Shown here: positions 50,122-62,406 of the stretch, piece after piece
Layout: every line of letters starts with the position of its first letter
Numbering within the stretch: position 1 is the stretch's first letter
Origin: Malacoraja senta
Taxonomy: Eukaryota
DNA: 64,000 bases
NCBI GenBank assembly: GCA_038087875.1
Contig: JAXLNO010000331.1
Span: 1 to 64,000 of the forward strand
Reading direction: 5' to 3'
Translations under genes and position numbers: made by a program
Notes under the pieces: model-generated
The model's database searches: none
Seen by the model: the letters and a program-made list of their open reading frames with translations, nothing else
Told to the model about the DNA's origin: nothing

Positions 50122-52707
50122 AATGAATGAATTGAATGCCATTTTATTGTCACTATACACATGTACAATGAGATTAAAAGCAGCTCGTACTCAGTGCAGA
50201 CATGTAATTAGTTCCAAAAACAAAAAACAAAACAAAAGGTGGGGTGGGGGGGTGGGGGGGATAAGGTGCGGAGTTCTGCGGTGCTATATACATATCTATA
50301 AAAAGACAATGGGTAAATAGAGTGAATAAATAGGATTCCTATATACAGTATGGGTTATTGTACATATTACAAATTACAGTTACAGTACAAATTACAGTCG
50401 GTGGATAGATGGGTCTGTGGGTTAAGCTGTGTAGTCAGTGCATGTGTGAGTTCAGAGAGGTTAAAGCAACTGTTCTTGAGTCTATTTGTCCTTGTTCTGA
50501 TGCACCTCTAGCGCCTCCCTGAGGGCAGCAGGTGGAACAGGGCCAAACGCAGGACGGGAGCTGTCCTTGATGATGTCCTTCGCTCTGCTGAGGCAGCGGG
50601 AGGTGTAAATGTCCATCAGGGAGGGGAAGAGGGCAGCCAATGATCTTCTGTGCTGCCCTAACTACCCTCCGGAGCCTCTCCCTGTCTGCCGTGGTGCAGC
50701 TGCGTACCATGCTGTAATGCAGTATGTAAGCAGGCTCTCACTGGACGAGCGGTAGAAGGTCAGGAGCGGGTTGGAGTCCAGGTTGTGGTTCCTGAGGACC
50801 CTCAGGAAGTGCAGCCGCTGCTGAGCCTTCTTACATAGAAACATAGACAATAGGTGCAGGAGTAGGCCATTCGGCCCTTCGAGCCTGCACCACCATTCAA
50901 TGTGATCATGGCTGATCATCCAACTCAGTATCCCGTACCTGCCTTCTCTCCATACCCCCTGATCCCTTTAGCCACAAGGGCCACATCTAACACCCTCTTA
51001 AATATAGCCAATGAACTGGCCTCAACTACCCTCTGTGGCAGAGAGTTCCAGAGATTCACCACTCTCTGTGTGAAAAAGTTTTTCCTCATCTCGGTCTTAA
51101 AGGATTTCCCCCTTATCCTTAAACTGTGACCCCTTGTCCTGGACTTCCCCAACATCGGGAACAATCTTCCTGCATCTAGCCTGTCCAACCCCATAAGAAT
51201 TTTGTAAGTTTCTATAAGATCCCCTCTCAATCTCCTAAATTCTAGCGAGTACAAGCCGAGTCTATCCAGTCTTTCTTCATATGAAAGTCCTGACATCCCA
51301 GGAATCAGTCTGGTGAACCTTCTCTGCACTCCCTCTATGGCTATAATGTCCTTCCTCAGATTTGGAGACCAAAACTGTACGCAATACTCCAGGTGTGGTC
51401 TCACCAAGACCCTGTACAACTGCAGTAGAACCTCCCTGCTCCTATACTCAAATCCTCTTGCTATGAAGGCCAACACACCATTCGCTTTCTTCACTGCCTG
51501 CTGCACCTGCATGCCTACTTTCAATGACTGGTGTACCATGACACCCAGGTCTCGCTGCATCTCCCCATTTCCTAATCGGCCACCATTTAGATAATAGTCT
51601 GCCTTCCCGTTTTTGCCACCAAAGTGGATAACCTCACATTTATCCACATTATACTGCATCTGCCAAACATTTGCCCACTCACCCAGCCTATCCAAGTCAC
51701 CTTGCAGCCTCCTAGCATCCTCCTCACAGCTAACACTGCCCCCCAGCTTAGTGTCATCCGCAAACTTGGAGATGTTGCTTTCAATTCCCTCGTCCAGATC
51801 ATTAATATATATTGTAAATAGCTGGGGTCCCAGCACTGAGCCTTGCGGTACCCCACTAGTCACTGCCTGCCATTGTGAAAAGGACCCGTTTACTCCTACT
51901 CTTTGCGGGAGATGTCAGCGGAGATGAGGACGCCGAGAAACCGGAAGGTGTAGACCCTCTCCACACACTTGCCGTTGATGTCTAGGGGGGCTAAGTCGGT
52001 GCTGTGCCTCCTGGAGTCAACAACGAGCTCGTTTATTTTCTTGGTGTTCAGAGCCAAGTTGTTTTCTGAGCACCAGGCTGTCAACTTCAGGACTTCCTCT
52101 CTATAGGCTGCCTCGCCTCGTCTCCCCTTGAGATGAGTCCGACTACTGTAGTGTCGTCAGCAAACTTGAGGATGCGGTTGTTGCTGTGGGCCGGACTACA
52201 GTCGTGGGTGTAGAAGACAGTACAGGAGGGGGCTTAGCACACAGCCCTGTGGGGAGCCGGGACTCAACATGCGAGTGGAGGAGAGGTGGGGGCCGAGCCT
52301 CACAGTCTGGGGCCGGTTGGTGAGGAAGTCCTTTATCCAGGCACATGTGAGAGTGGGGAGGCCGAGAGTGACCAGTTTGTCGATGAGAATGAGAATTGAA
52401 AGCTGAGCTGTATTCCACAAAGAGCATCCGGACGTAGCTCTGCCCCAGCTCCACGTGGCTCAGCACAGAGTGGAGAGCTACGGTGATGGTGTCTTCTGTG
52501 GATCTGTTTGGGCGATAGGCCAATTGGTGAGGGTCGAAGTCTGGAGGGAGATAGCCCTTGATGTGCTGGAGGACCAAACTCTCGAAGCACTTGGTGATTA
52601 CCGGAGTCAGAGCCACGGTACGGTAATCATTTAGGCTGGTGATGGGAGACTTCTTCGGCACTGGGACGATTGGGGCTGGTTTTAGGCAGGACGGGGTAAC
52701 TGCCTGA
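50122..52707 (-). mobile_element. Rex1/Babar LINE with 3' end (T2 block 4)
   Basis: Copy of 22318-24895, 8 bp longer in the G-run. Confidence 0.85.
50833..51906 (-). mobile_element. CR1-B nested in Rex
   Basis: ORF 50925-51863. Confidence 0.92.
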
Positions 52708-54731
52708 GTTTGTGAGACTGTAAAGGTTTGTGAGGCTGTGTAAAAGTTTGTGAGACTGTGTAAAAGTTTGTGAGACTGTGTAAAGGTTTGTGAGACTGTG
52801 TAAAAGTTTGTGAGACTGTGTAAAAGTTTGTGAGACTGTGTAAAAGTTTGTGAGACTGTGTAAAAGTTTGTGAGACTGTGTAAAAGTTTGTGAGACTAAA
52901 AGTTTGTGAGGCAGTGTGTAAAAGTTTGTGAGGCAGTGTAAAGGTTTGTGAGACTGTGTAAAAGTTTGTGAGACTGTGTAAAAGTTTGTGAGACTGTAAA
53001 GGTTTGTGAAACTAAAAGTTTGTGAGACTGTGTAAATGTTGGTGAGACTGTGTAAAGGTTTGTGTGGCTAACAGTTTGTGAGACTGTAAAGGTTTGTGAG
53101 ACTGTAAAGGTTGGTGAGACTGTGTAAAAGGTTGGTGAGACTGTGTAAAAGTTCATGAGGCTGTGTAAAAGTTTGTGAGACTGTGTAAAAGTTTGTGAGG
53201 CTGTGTAAAGGTTTGTGAGACTGTGTAAAAGTTTGTGAGACTGTGTAAAAGTTTGTGAGACTGTGTAAAGGTTTGTGAGGCTGTGTAAAGGTTTGTGAGG
53301 CTGTGTAAAAGTTTGTGAGGCTTTGTAAAAGTTTGTGAGACTGTGTAAAAGTTTGTGAGACTGTGTAAAAGTTCGTGAGGCTGTGTAAAAGTTCGTGAGG
53401 CTGTGTAAAAGTTTGTGAGGCTGTGTAAAAGTTTGTGAGGCTGTGTAAAAGTTTGTGAGGCTGTGTAAAAGTTCGTGAGGCAGTGTAAAAGTTCGTGAGG
53501 CAGTGTAAAAGTTTGTGAGGCTGTGTAAAAGTTTGTGAGGCTGTGTAAAAGTTTGTGAGGCTGTGTAAAAGTTTGTGAGACTGTGTAAAAGTTTGTGAGG
53601 CTGTGTAAAAGTTTGTGAGACTGTAAAAGTTTGTGAGGCTGTGTAAAAGTTTGTGAGGCTGTGTAAAAGTTTGTGAGGCTGTGTAAAAGTTTGTGAGGCT
53701 GTAAAAGTTCGTGAGGCAGTGTAAAAGTTTGTGAGGCTGTGTAAAAGTTTGTGAGGCTGTGTAAAAGTTTGTGAGACTGTAAAGGTTTGTGAAACTAAAA
53801 GTTTGTGAGTGTGTAAATGTTGGTGAGACTGTGTAAAGGTTTGTGAGACTAAAAGTTTGTGAGACTGTAAAGGTTTGTGAGACTGTAAAGGTTGGTGAGA
53901 CTGTAAAAGGTTGGTGAGACTGTGTAAAAGTTTGTGAGACTGTGTAAAAGTTTGTGAGGCAGTGTAAAAGTTTGTGAGACTGTGTAAAAGTTTGTGAGAC
54001 AGTGTAAAAGTTTGTGAGACTGTAAAAGTTTGTGAGGCAGTGTAAAAGTTTGTGAGACTGTGTAAAAGTTTGTGAGACAGTGTAAAAGTTTGTGAGACTG
54101 TGTAAAAGTTTGTGAGACTGTGTAAAAGTTTGTGAGACTGTGTAAAAGTTTGTGAGGCAGTGTAAAAGTTTGTGAGACTGTGTAAAAGTTTGTGAGACTG
54201 TGTAAAAGTTTGTGAGGCTGTGTAAATGTTTGTGAGACTGTGTAAAGGTTTGTGAGGCTGTATAAAAGTTTGTGAGACTGTGTAAAGGTTTGTGGAACTG
54301 TAAAAGTTTGTGAGACTGTGTAACAGTTTGTGAGGCTGTGTAAAAGTTTGTGAGGCTGTGTAAATGTTTGTGAGACTGTGTAAAGGTTTGTGAGGCTGTA
54401 TAAATGTTTGTGAGACTGTGTAAAGGTTTGTGAGACTGTAAAAGTTCGTGAGGCTGTGTAAAAGTTTGTGAGACTGTGTAAAAGTTTGTGAAACTAAAAG
54501 TTTGTGAGACTAAACATTAGTGAGACTGTAAAAGTTTGTGGAACTCTGTAAAGGTTCGTGAGGCTGTGTAAAGGTTTGTGAGGCTGTATAAAAGTCCGTG
54601 AGGCTGTGTAAAAGTTTGTGAAACTATAAGTTTGTGAGTAAACATTCGTGAGACTGTGTAAAAGTTTGTGGAACTGTGTAGAAGTTCATGAGACTTTAAA
54701 AGTTTGTGAGGCTGTGTAAAAGTTTGTGAAA
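52708..54731. repeat. 20-bp minisatellite array
   Basis: Paralog of 24896-26981, 62 bp shorter. Confidence 0.97.
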
Positions 54732-55403
54732 AAGCATGCAGGTACAGCAGGCAGTGAAGAAAGCGAATGGCCTGTTGGCCTTCATAACAAGAGGAGTTGA
54801 GTATAGGAGCAAAGAGGTCCTTCTGCAGTTGTACAGGGCCCTGGTGAGACCACACCTGGAGTATTGTGTGCAGTTTTGGTCCCCTAATTTGAGGAAGGAC
54901 ATTCTTGCTATTGAGGGAGCCCAGCGTAGGTTCACCAGGTTAATTCCCGGGATGGCGGGACTGTCATATGCTGAGAGAATGGAGCGGCTGGGCTTGTATA
55001 CTCTGGGGTTTAGAAGGATGAGAGGGTATCTCATTGAAACATATAAGATTATTAAGGGTTTGGACACGCTAGAGGCAGGAAACATGTTCCCGATGTTGGG
55101 GGAGTCCAGAACCAGGGGCCACACACAGTTTAAGAATAAGGGGTCGGCCATTTAGAACGGAGATGAGGAGAAACGTTTCCACCCAGAGAGTTGTGAATCT
55201 GTGGGATTCTCTGCCTCAGAGGGCGGTGGAGGCCGGTTCTCTGGATACTTTCAAGAGAGAGCTAGATAGGGCTCTTAAAGATAGCGGAGTCAGGGGATAT
55301 GGGGAGAAGGCAGGAACGGGGTACTGATTGGGGATGATCAGCCATGATCACATTGAATGGCTTGAAGGGCCGAATGACCTACTCCTGCACCTATTGTCTA
55401 TTG
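54732..55403 (+). mobile_element. CR1-C 3' fragment (copy 10; one CA unit lost, frameshifted)
   Basis: ORF 54736-55155; GGCCACACACAGTT versus GGCCACACACACAGTT in other copies. Confidence 0.9.
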
Positions 55404-55723
55404 AAACTGTGTAAAAGTTTGTGAGACTGTGTGAATGTTTGTGAGACTGTGTAAAAGTTTGTGAGGCTGTGTAAAAGTTTGTGAGACTGTGTAAAAAATT
55501 TGTGAGACTGTGTAAAAGTTTGTGAGGCTGTGTAAAAGTTTGTGAGACTGTGTAAAAGTTTGTGAGACTGTGTAAAAGTTTGTGAGACTGTGTAAAAGTT
55601 TGTGAGACTGTGTAAAGGTTTGTGAGTGTGTGAAAGTTTGTGAGACTGTGTAAAAGTTTGTGAGACTGTGTAAAAGTTTGTGAGACTGTGTAAAAGTTTG
55701 TGAGGCTGTGTAAAAGTTTGTGA
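55404..55723. repeat. 20-bp minisatellite array
   Basis: Tandem 20-mers. Confidence 0.97.
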
Positions 55724-55813
55724 AAATGTGTGATTCTTTTACGGGGTGAAGGTTTGTGAGCCGGTGTGTAAGTGTGTGTCAGCACTTGTGTCAACGTCCA
55801 CAACCCTTTTCAT

Positions 55814-57102
55814 ATTGTTTGTCATATACATCAATGATCTGGATGATGGTGTGGTAAATTGGATTAGTAAGTATGCAGATGACACTAAGATAGGTGGTGT
55901 TGTGGATAATGAAGTCGATTTTCAAAGTCTACAGAGAGATTTAGGCCATTTGGAAGAGTGGGCTGAAAGATGGCAGATGGAGTTTAATGCTGATAAGTGT
56001 GAGGTGCTACATCTTGGCAGGACAAATCAAAATAGGACGTACATGGTAAATGGTAGCGAATTGAGGAATGCAGTTGAACAGAGGGATCTAGGAATAACTG
56101 GGCATAGTTCCCTGAAGGTGGAATCTCATGTAGATAGGGTGGGAAAGGGTGGTATAGGAGCAGGGAGGTTCTACTGCAGTTGGACAGGGTCTTGGTGAGA
56201 CCACACCTGGAGTATTGCGTACAGTTTTGGTCTCCTAATCTGAGGAAGGACATTATTGCCATAGAGGGAGTGCAGAGAAGGTTCACCAGACTGATTCCTG
56301 GGATGGCAGGACTTTCATATGAAGAAAGACTGGATAGACTCGGCTTGTACTCGCTAGAATTGAGAAGATTGAGGTGGGATCTTACAGAAACGTACAAAAT
56401 TCTTAAGGGGTTGGACAGGCTAGATGCAGGAAGATTGTTCCCGATGTTGGGGAAGTCCAGGACAAGGGGTCACAGATTAAGGATAAGGGGGAAATCCTTT
56501 AGGACCGAGATGAGAAAAAAAAATTCACACAGAGAGTGGTGAATCTGTGGAACTCTCTGCCACAGAAGGTAGTTGAGGCCAGTTCATTGGCTATATTTAA
56601 GAGGGAGTTAGATGTGGCCCTTGTGGCTAAAGGGATCAGGGGGTATGGAGAGAAGGCAGGTACGGGATACTGAGTTGGATGATCAGTATGGCCTCTACTC
56701 CTGCACCTATTGTCTATGTTTCTATGTAAAGAAAGCTTTTGGTGTGCTGGCCTTTATAAATCAGAGCATTGAGTATAGAAGTTGGGATGTAATGTTAAAA
56801 TTGTACAAGGCATTGGTGAGGCCAATTCTGGAGTATGGAGTACAATTTTGGTCGCCTAATTATAGGAAGGATGTCAACAAAATAGAGAGAGTACAGAGGA
56901 GATTTACTAGAATGTTGCCTGGGTTTCAGCAACTAAGTTACAGAGAAAGGTTGAACAAGTTAGGTCTTTATTCTTTGGAGCAGCAGAAGGTTAAGAGGGG
57001 ACTTGATAGAGGTCTTTAAAATGATGAGCGGGTTAGACAGAGTGGACGTGGATAAGCTTTTCCCATTGAGAGTAGGGAAGATTCAAACAAGGGGACATGA
57101 CT
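55814..57102 (+). mobile_element. CR1-A fragment (T1 block 5, diverged alleles)
   Basis: ORFs 55746-56198 and 56612-57019; same junction GGACATGACT|GCACTCC. Confidence 0.9.
56154..56727 (+). mobile_element. Nested CR1-B 3' fragment
   Basis: ORF 56180-56542 plus tail. Confidence 0.9.
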
Positions 57103-57683
57103 GCACTCCCTCTATGGCAAGAATGTCCTTCCTCAGATTTGGAGACCAAAACTGTACGCAATACTCCAGGTGTGGTCTCACCAAGACCCTGTACAACTGC
57201 AGTAGAACCTCCCTGCTCCTATACTCAAATCCTTTTGCTATGAATGCTAACATACCATTCGCTTTCTTCACTACCTGCTGCACCTGCATGCCTACTTTCA
57301 ATGACTGGTGTACCATGACACCCAGGTCTCGCTGCATCTCCCCATTTCCTAATCGGCCACCATTTAGATAATAGTCTGCCTTCCCGTTTTTGCCACCAAA
57401 GTGGAGAACCTCACATTTATCCACATTATACTGCATCTGCCATGCATTTGCCCACTCACCCAACCTATCCAAGTCACCTTGCAGTCTCCTAGCATCCTCC
57501 TCACAGCTAACACTGCCCCCCAGCTTAGTGTCATCCGCAAACTTGGAGATGTTGCCTTCAATTCCCTCATCCAGATCATTAATATAAATTGTAAACAGCT
57601 GGGGTCCCAGCACTGAGCCTTGCGGTACCCCACTAGTCACTGCCTGCCATTGTGAAAAGGACCCGTTTACTCCTACTCTTTGC
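57101..57683 (-). mobile_element. CR1-B fragment, antisense, junction-truncated
   Basis: ORF 57083-57640. Confidence 0.9.
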
Positions 57684-58488
57684 GGGAGATGTCAGCGGAG
57701 ATGAGGACGCCGAGAAACCGGAAGGTGTAGACCCTCTCCACACACTCGCCGTTGATGTCTAGGGGGGCTAAGTCGGTGCTGTGCCTCCTGGTCGACAACT
57801 AGCCCTTTTGTTTTCTTGGTGTTCAGAGCCAAGTTGTTTTCTGAGCACCAGGCTGTCAACTTCAGGACTTCCTCTCTATAGGCTGCCTCGCCTCGTCTCC
57901 CCTTGAGATGAGTCCGACTACTGTAGTGTCGTCAGCAAACTTGAGGATGCGGTTGTTGCTGTGGGCCGGGCTACAGTCGTGGGTGTAGAAGACAGTACAG
58001 GAGGGGGCTTAGCACACAGCCCTGTGGGGAGCCGGGACTCAACATGCGAGTGGAGGAGAGGTGGGGGCCGAGTCTCACAGTCTGGGGCCGGTTGGTGAGG
58101 AAGTCCTTTATCCAGGCACATGTGAGAGTGGGGAGGCCGAGAGTGACCAGTTTGTCGATGAGAATGAGAATTGAAAGCTGAGCTGTATTCCACAAAGAGC
58201 ATCCGGACGTAGCTCTGCCCCTGCTCCTGCTCCAGCCCGCTCAGCACAGAGTGGAGAGCTACGGTGATGGTGTCTTCTGTGGATCTGTTTGGGCGATAGG
58301 CCAATTGGTGAGGGTCGAAGTCTGGAGGGAGATAGCCCTTGATGTGCTGGAGGACCAAACTCTCGAAGCACTTGGTGATTACCGGAGTCAGAGCCACGGG
58401 ACGGTAATCATTTAGGCTGGTGATGGGAGACTTCTTCGGCACTGGGACGATTGGGGCTGGTTTTAGGCAGGACGGGGTAACTGCCTGA
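57684..58488 (-). mobile_element. Rex1/Babar RT fragment (+6 bp allele)
   Basis: ORF 57918-58544 includes [34 protein letters not shown]. Confidence 0.85.
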
Positions 58489-61322
58489 GTTTGTGAGACT
58501 GTAAAGGTTTGTGAGACTGTGTAAAAGTTTGTGAGACTAAACATTCGTGAGACTAAAAGTTTGTGAGACTGTGTAAAGGTTTGTGAGACTGTGTAAAAGT
58601 TTGTGAGACTGTAAAAGTTTGTGAGACTGTGTAAAAGTTTGTGAGACTGTGTAAAAGTTTGTGAGACTAAAAGTTTGTGGAACAGTGTACAAGTTTGTGA
58701 GACTGTGTAAAAGTTTGTGAGACTGTGTAAAAGTTTGTGAGACTGTGTAAAAGTTTGTGAGACTGTGTAAAAGTTTGTGAGGCAGTGTAAAGGTTTGTGA
58801 GACTGTGTAAAAGTTTGTGAGACTGTGTAAAAGTTTGTGAGACTGTGTAAAAGTTTGTGAAACTAAAAGTTTGTGAGTAAACATTCGTGAGACTGTAAAA
58901 GTTTGTGAGACTGTAAAAGTTTGTGAGACTGTGTAAAAGTTTGTGAGGCTGTGTACAAGTTTGTGAGGCTGTAAAGGTTTGTGAGGCTGTATAAAAGTTT
59001 GTGAGACTGTGTAAAAGTTCGTGAGGCTGTGTAAAGGTTTGTGAGACTGTGTAAAAGTTCGTGAGACTGTGTAAAAGTTTGTGAGGCTGTGTAAAGGTTT
59101 GTGAGACTGTGTAAAGGTTTGTGGAACTGTGTAAAAGTTTGTGAGGCTGTGTAAAAGTTTGTGAGACTGTAAAGGTTTGTGAAACTAAAAGTTTGTGAGT
59201 GTGTAAATGTTGGTGAGACTGTGTAAAGGTTTGTGAGACTAAAAGTTTGTGAGACTGTAAAGGTTTGTGAGACTGTAAAGGTTGGTGAGACTGTAAAAGG
59301 TTGGTGAGACTGTGTAAAAGTTTGTGAGACTGTGTAAAAGTTTGTGAGGCAGTGTAAAAGTTTGTGAGACAGTGTAAAAGTTTGTGAGACTGTGTAAAAG
59401 TTTGTGAGACAGTGTAAAAGTTTGTGAGACTGTGTAAAAGTTTGTGAGGCTGTGTAAAAGTTTGTGAGACTGTGTAAAAGTTTGTGAGACTGTGTAAAAG
59501 TTTGTGAGACTGTGTAAAAGTTTGTGAGACTGTGTAAAAGTTTGTGAGGCAGTGTAAAAGTTTGTGAGACTGTGTAAAAGTTTGTGAGACTGTGTAAAAC
59601 TTTGTGAGACTGTGTAAAAGTTTGTGAGGCTGTGTAAAAGTTTGTGAGACTGTGTAAAAGTTTGTGAGACTGTGTAAAAGTTTGTGAGACTGTGTAAAAG
59701 TTTGTGAGACTGTGTAAAAGTTTGTGAGGCAGTGTAAAAGTTTGTGAGACTGTGTAAAAGTTTGTGAGACTGTAAAAGTTTGTGAGGCAGTGTAAAAGTT
59801 TGTGAGACTGTGTAAAAGTTTGTGAGACTGTGTAAAAGTTTGTGGGACTGTGTAAAAGTTTGTGAGGCTGTGTAAAGGTTTGTGAGGCAGTGTAAAAGTT
59901 TGTGAGGCTGTGTAAACGTTTGTGAGACTAAAAGTTCGTGAGACTGTGTAAAAGTTTGTGGGACTGTGTAAAAGTTTGTGAGGCTGTGTAAAGGTTTGTG
60001 AGGCAGTGTAAAAGTTTGTGAGGCTGTGTAAACGTTTGTGAGACTAAAAGTTTGTGAGACTGTGTAAAAGTTTGTGAGGCTGTGTAAAAGTTTGTGAGAC
60101 TGTGTAAAAGTTTGTGAGGCTGTGTAAAGGTTTGTGAGGCTGTGTAAAAGTTTGTGAGGCTGTGTAAAAGTTTGTGAGGCTGTGTAAAAGTTTGTGAGAC
60201 TGTGTAAAAGTTTGTGAGACTGTAAAGGTTTGTGAAACTAAAAGTTTGTGAGACTGTGTAAATGTTGGTGAGACTGTGTAAAGGTTTGTGTGGCTAAAAG
60301 TTTGTGAGACTGTAAAGGTTTGTGAGACTGTAAAGGTTGGTGAGACTGTGTAAAAGGTTGGTGAGACTGTGTAAAAGTTCATGAGGCTGTGTAAAAGTTT
60401 GTGAGACTGTGTAAAAGTTTGTGAGGCTGTGTAAAGGTTTGTGAGACTGTGTAAAAGTTTGTGAGACTGTGTAAAAGTTTGTGAGACTGTGTAAAGGTTT
60501 GTGAGGCAGTGTAAAGGTTTGTGAGGCTGTGTAAAGGTTTGTGAGGCTGTGTAAAAGTTTGTGAGGCTTTGTAAAAGTTTGTGAGACTGTGTAAAAGTTT
60601 GTGAGACTGTGTAAAAGTTTGTGAGACTGTAAAGGTTTGTGAGACTGTGTAAAAGTTTGTGAGGCTGTGTAAAAGTTCGTGAGGCTGTGTAAAAGTTTGT
60701 GAGGCTGTGTAAAAGTTTGTGAGGCTGTGTAAAAGTTTGTGAGGCTGTGTAAAAGTTTGTGAGGCTGTGTAAAAGTTTGTGAGGCTGTGTAAAAGTTCGT
60801 GAGGCAGTGTAAAAGTTTGTGAGGCTGTGTAAAAGTTTGTGAGGCTGTGTAAAAGTTTGTGAGGCTGTGTAAAAGTTTGTGAGGCTGTGTAAAAGTTCGT
60901 GAGGCAGTGTAAAAGTTTGTGAGGCTGTGTAAAAGTTTGTGAGGCTGTGTAAAAGTTCGTGAGGCTGTGTAAAAGTTTGTGAGGCTGTGTAAAAGTTTGT
61001 GAGGCTGTGTAAAAGTTTGTGAGGCTGTGTAAAAGTTTGTGAGGCTGTGTAAAAGTTCGTGAGGCTGTGTAAAAGTTTGTGAAACTAAAAGTTTGTGAGA
61101 CTAAACATTCGTGAGACTGTGTAAAAGTTTGTGGAACTCTGTAAAAGTTTGTGAGACTGTAAAGGTTTGTGAGGCTGTGTAAAGTTTTGTGAGGCTGTAT
61201 AAAAGTTCGTGAGGCTGTGTAAAAGTTTGTGAAACTATAAGTTTGTGAGTAAACATTCGTGAGACTGTGTAAAAGTTTGTGAGACTTTAAAAGTTTGTGA
61301 GGCTGGGTAAAAGTTTGTGAAA
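58489..61322. repeat. 20-bp minisatellite array
   Basis: Tandem 20-mers. Confidence 0.97.
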
Positions 61323-61996
61323 AAGCATGCAGGTACAGCAGGCAGTGAAGAAAGCGAATGGCATATTGGCCTTCATAACAAGAGGAGTTGAGTACAGGAG
61401 CAAAGATGTCCTTCTGCAGTTGTACAGGGCCCTGGTGAGACCACATCTGGAGTATTGTGTGCAGTTTTGGTCTCCAAATTTGAGGAAGGACATTCTTGCT
61501 ATTGAGGGAGCCCAGCGTAGGTTCACCAGGTTAATTCCCGGGATGGCAGGACTGTCATATGCTGAGAGAATGGAGCGGCTGGGCTTGTACACTCTGGAGT
61601 TTAGAAGGATGAGAGGGCATCTCATTGAAACATATAAGATTATTAAGGGTTTGGACACGCTAGAGGCAGGAAACATGTTCCCGATGTTGGGGGAGTCCAG
61701 AACCAGGGGCCACACACACAGTTTAAGAATAAGGGGTCGGCCATTTAGAACGGAGATGAGGAGAAACGTTTCCACCCAGAGAGTTGTGAATCTGTGGGAT
61801 TCTCTGCCTCAGAGGGCGGTGGAGGCCGGTTCTCTGGATACTTTCAAGAGATAGTTAGATAGGGCTCTTAAAGATAGCGGAGTCAGGGGATATGGGGAGA
61901 AGGCAGGAACGGGGTACTGATTGGGGATGATCAGTCATGATCACATTGAATGGCTTGAAGGGCCGAATGGCCTACTCCTGCACCTATTGTCTATTG
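61323..61996 (+). mobile_element. CR1-C 3' fragment (copy 11)
   Basis: ORF 61327-61854; same junctions. Confidence 0.9.
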
Positions 61997-62316
61997 AAAC
62001 TGTGTAAAAGTTTGTGAGACTGTGTGAATGTTTGTGAGACTGTGTAAAAGTTTGTGAGGCTGTGTAAAAGTTTGTGAGACTGTGTAAAAAATTTGTGAGA
62101 CTGTGTAAAAGTTTGTGAGACTGTGTAAAAGTTTGTGAGACTGTGTAAAAGTTTGTGAGACTGTGTAAAAGTTTGTGAGACTGTGTGAAGGTTTGTGAGT
62201 GTGTGAAAGTTTGTGAGACTGTGTAAAAGTTTGTGAGACTGTGTAAAAGTTTGTGAGACTGTGTAAAAGTTTGTGAGACTGTGTAAAAGTTTGTGAGGCT
62301 GTGTAAAAGTTTGTGA
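61997..62316. repeat. 20-bp minisatellite array
   Basis: Tandem 20-mers. Confidence 0.97.
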
Positions 62317-62406
62317 AAATGTGTGATTCTTTTACGGGGTGAAGGTTTGTGAGCCGGTGTGTAAGTGTGTGTCAGCACTTGTGTCAACGTCCACAACCCT
62401 TTTCAT

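Larger units (their letters stand above)
27805..55150. repeat. Higher-order repeat copy 2 (near-identical to copy 1; correspondence is lost inside the CR1-C at ~55.1 kb)
   Basis: Offset is 27,804 up to ~50.2 kb, then 27,812 (22623/50435), then 27,750 (26986/54736); alleles differ beyond that. Confidence 0.9.

Noticed and set aside
3099..61322. CRISPR-like repeat array next to reverse transcriptases
   Set aside because: Units are head-to-tail with no unique spacers, there are no cas genes, and the RTs are eukaryotic CR1/Rex fragments.
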